A stretch of 64,000 nucleotides of DNA from Chiloscyllium plagiosum (lineage: Eukaryota): the NCBI RefSeq assembly GCF_004010195.1, contig NC_057719.1:43502619-43566618 (forward strand). Reading direction: 5' to 3'. Below, in pieces: positions 61,956 through 64,000 of the stretch (position 1 is its first letter; each line of letters begins with the position of its first letter). The notes below the pieces were generated by a model. That model saw only the letters and a list, made by a program, of their open reading frames with translations. It was not told the origin of the DNA and did not search any database. A program made the translations under genes and the position numbers.

Positions 61956-62569
61956 CTATAAAAAAGGAGATGCAATTGATCATTAACAAACATTCAAATT
62001 TTTCAAATACAAACCTGTTTGAAACTCAAGCCTCTTCATGTATATATTATAACAGGCTTGGTTTGAAGAAAATTTTACAATGTATTTCACGCACCATTCA
62101 AAAAACATCCACCTATCAGCTACTGTATATAAAACATGATTGTTAAACCCCAATTCTTGAATGATCCCAATATTTCAAATATGCAAGTAATTCAATGCCC
62201 AAAATTAATCTAAGTTACACTGACATAGAACCCAATTTGCAAAATACAGCTAATTACTGTAGACGCTGTAAAACTAACATAAAAGTAGGAAAATCACTCT
62301 CCCAATGTACATCTTACTCCAATCAGAAAAACAATAACTGCACCACCAGCAATGATCAGATGAAGTTTCCTGTTCTTTTGCAGCCAACTACATATAACTG
62401 GGCATAAAACAAATACATTAAAGATCAAAAAGGTTTGAGCACAAGTTTATTTTGGATATAATAACGTCAGTGCACACACTCTACTCTTTTACCATATGTG
62501 GCTGCTGCTGCCAAATGTCTCAAATAATTGCAATGGTGCAGTCTCAGCACAACTCAGCAGGAAGTTAGT

Positions 62570-62970
62570 AACATACTTGCTTCAGAGTTACAAAATTCAA
62601 AGTTCTCTTGCTACTCCATGGCTTGAACACAAAAATCAAGGCTGACACTTCAATGAGGACAGAGGGAGTGCTATACTGACAGAGGGGCCATCTTTGCATG
62701 AGATGGTAAATCAATGCTTTTATATCTGCTCAGGTGTATGTTAAGAAAACCCTGCATAACTTTGAAGAGCGAAGGAGCTCTCATGGGTATCATAGCCAAT
62801 ATTTATCCCTCAATCAACATCACAAAAAGAGATTTTTTGGTCATTATCATGCTGCTGTTACTGTGCACAAATTGATTTCCAGATTTCTTAAGTTACAACA
62901 TTGACTGCATTTCAAAAGTACTTAATTGGTATTAATGCATTGCAATATGTTAGTGATCATGAAAATGCAA
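62570..62970 (+). mobile_element. Deu-domain SINE (SacSINE1/AmnSINE1-like), degenerate
   Basis: GGCTGACACTTCAATG..GAGGGAGTGCT and GCCAATATTTATCCCTCAATCAACATCAC..GGTCATTATCA blocks match the Deu central domain as I recall it; further fragments near 13650-13840 and 14490-14770. Confidence 0.6.
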
Positions 62971-63996
62971 ACCATTTCGGTTTTCTCTCAAATCAAAGAC
63001 TTATCCTATAATTACATTGTTAAAAACATGAGTAAATTAAGCCCAGAATATGAAATATAACAGAAAAATAATCCTGTTCATGATATTGTACTATTTGATT
63101 AATTTGAAAAAACACCAGGACATACACAGTTTTTAATGCATTTTAACAGTCTCAATGGAAGTTGCAATTTTTAATAACATTCTTTTTTGGGGTAACAGTA
63201 TGACTGGGAGAATATTACTACATTTGTAGCTCATCCTGGATAACCCTTGAAAAGATGGTAGTGAGCTGCCTTCTTGAAGTGCTAGTCCATTGGATGTGGA
63301 TTCACGGTGTTGTTGGGAAGAGTCCCAAGTTTTTGACAGAGCAACAGTGAAGAAATAGCAATAATAGTTACAAATCAGGAAGGCGCGTGGCTCAGAGGGG
63401 AACTTGTGGGTAATGGTGCTCCATATGTTCACTGCTCTAAGTAATAGAGCCAACAGATTTGGAAGGTACTGTCTGGATTATAGGCAAGCTGCTACGAGTT
63501 GTCGCTGTGCTTTGGTGGTGGAGGGAGTGACTATTCGTGGATGAGGTACCAATAAAATGACTGCTTTTTCCAGGACGATATGAAACTTCTTGTGTGTGGT
63601 GCCATATGTGGGTTAAAACTTCAATGTTCATTCTCCCTCAGGGCAAAACATCCCGATAAACAGCTGCCTAAACAGAACGCAGAACGGCAAATGCTGGAAA
63701 TCTTAAACAAAAACAGAAATTGCTGAAGAAACTCATCACAGATGCTACCAGCACCTGTCATGTTTCTCCAGCGTCTTCTGATTTTGTAACAATTACTAAA
63801 ATTGCGATTAGTCAACTCCTTCAAACTTTTAAAGATAAATCTAAACCATTTCAGCCAGTACATTATTCAGCACAAGACTGTGCTCCTATTCTGTGAAATC
63901 TCCCTTCCTTCTCTATAACAATTCACTCTGAGTTACCGAACAACCTCTCAGCAAATACCCCACATCGATCCGAGCCCTGCTAACTACCCTGTTCAC

Positions 63997-64000
63997 CTGT
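63997..64000 (-). CDS. L2HGDH: Possible last 4 nt of L2HGDH exon 1
   Basis: ACAG|gtgaac is a phase-2 donor that would give AG+T = Ser with exon 2; CpGs increase toward the window edge. Only 4 nt are visible. Confidence 0.3.

Overview
This window is vertebrate genomic DNA that is AT-rich, CpG-depleted and dense in repeats. The repeat complement (CR1, Rex1/Babar, Penelope-like elements, Deu- and tRNA-derived SINEs) suggests a cartilaginous fish, probably a shark; this is an inference. Two minus-strand host genes are readable. The first is L2HGDH coding exons 2-10 (61955 down to 29797), all GT-AG, with lengths matching the human gene as I recall it; exon 1 probably ends at or just beyond the right edge. 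The second is coding exon 1 of a Son-of-sevenless gene (9209-9132; SOS2 by sequence and synteny), next to a CpG island. The rest is introns and intergenic DNA filled with retroelement and PIF/Harbinger fossils. Most ORFs in the supplied track are spurious or repeat-derived. The most unusual signals concern Penelope-like elements (PLEs). (i) At 1-360 a 30-nt piece of PLE ORF is reiterated and interleaved with duplicated target DNA. (ii) Many short, TSD-flanked, often fold-back elements carry minimal hammerhead ribozyme cores, one of them intact and sense to the L2HGDH pre-mRNA. (iii) An inverted PLE pair lies at 57.5-59.8 kb. Other notable items are a two-gene Harbinger fossil, uORFs upstream of the SOS2 start, and a 56-bp near-perfect fold-back hairpin. 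There is no CRISPR array, rRNA, true tRNA gene or prokaryotic system. Exon and TSD coordinates were counted by hand; repeat boundaries are approximate.
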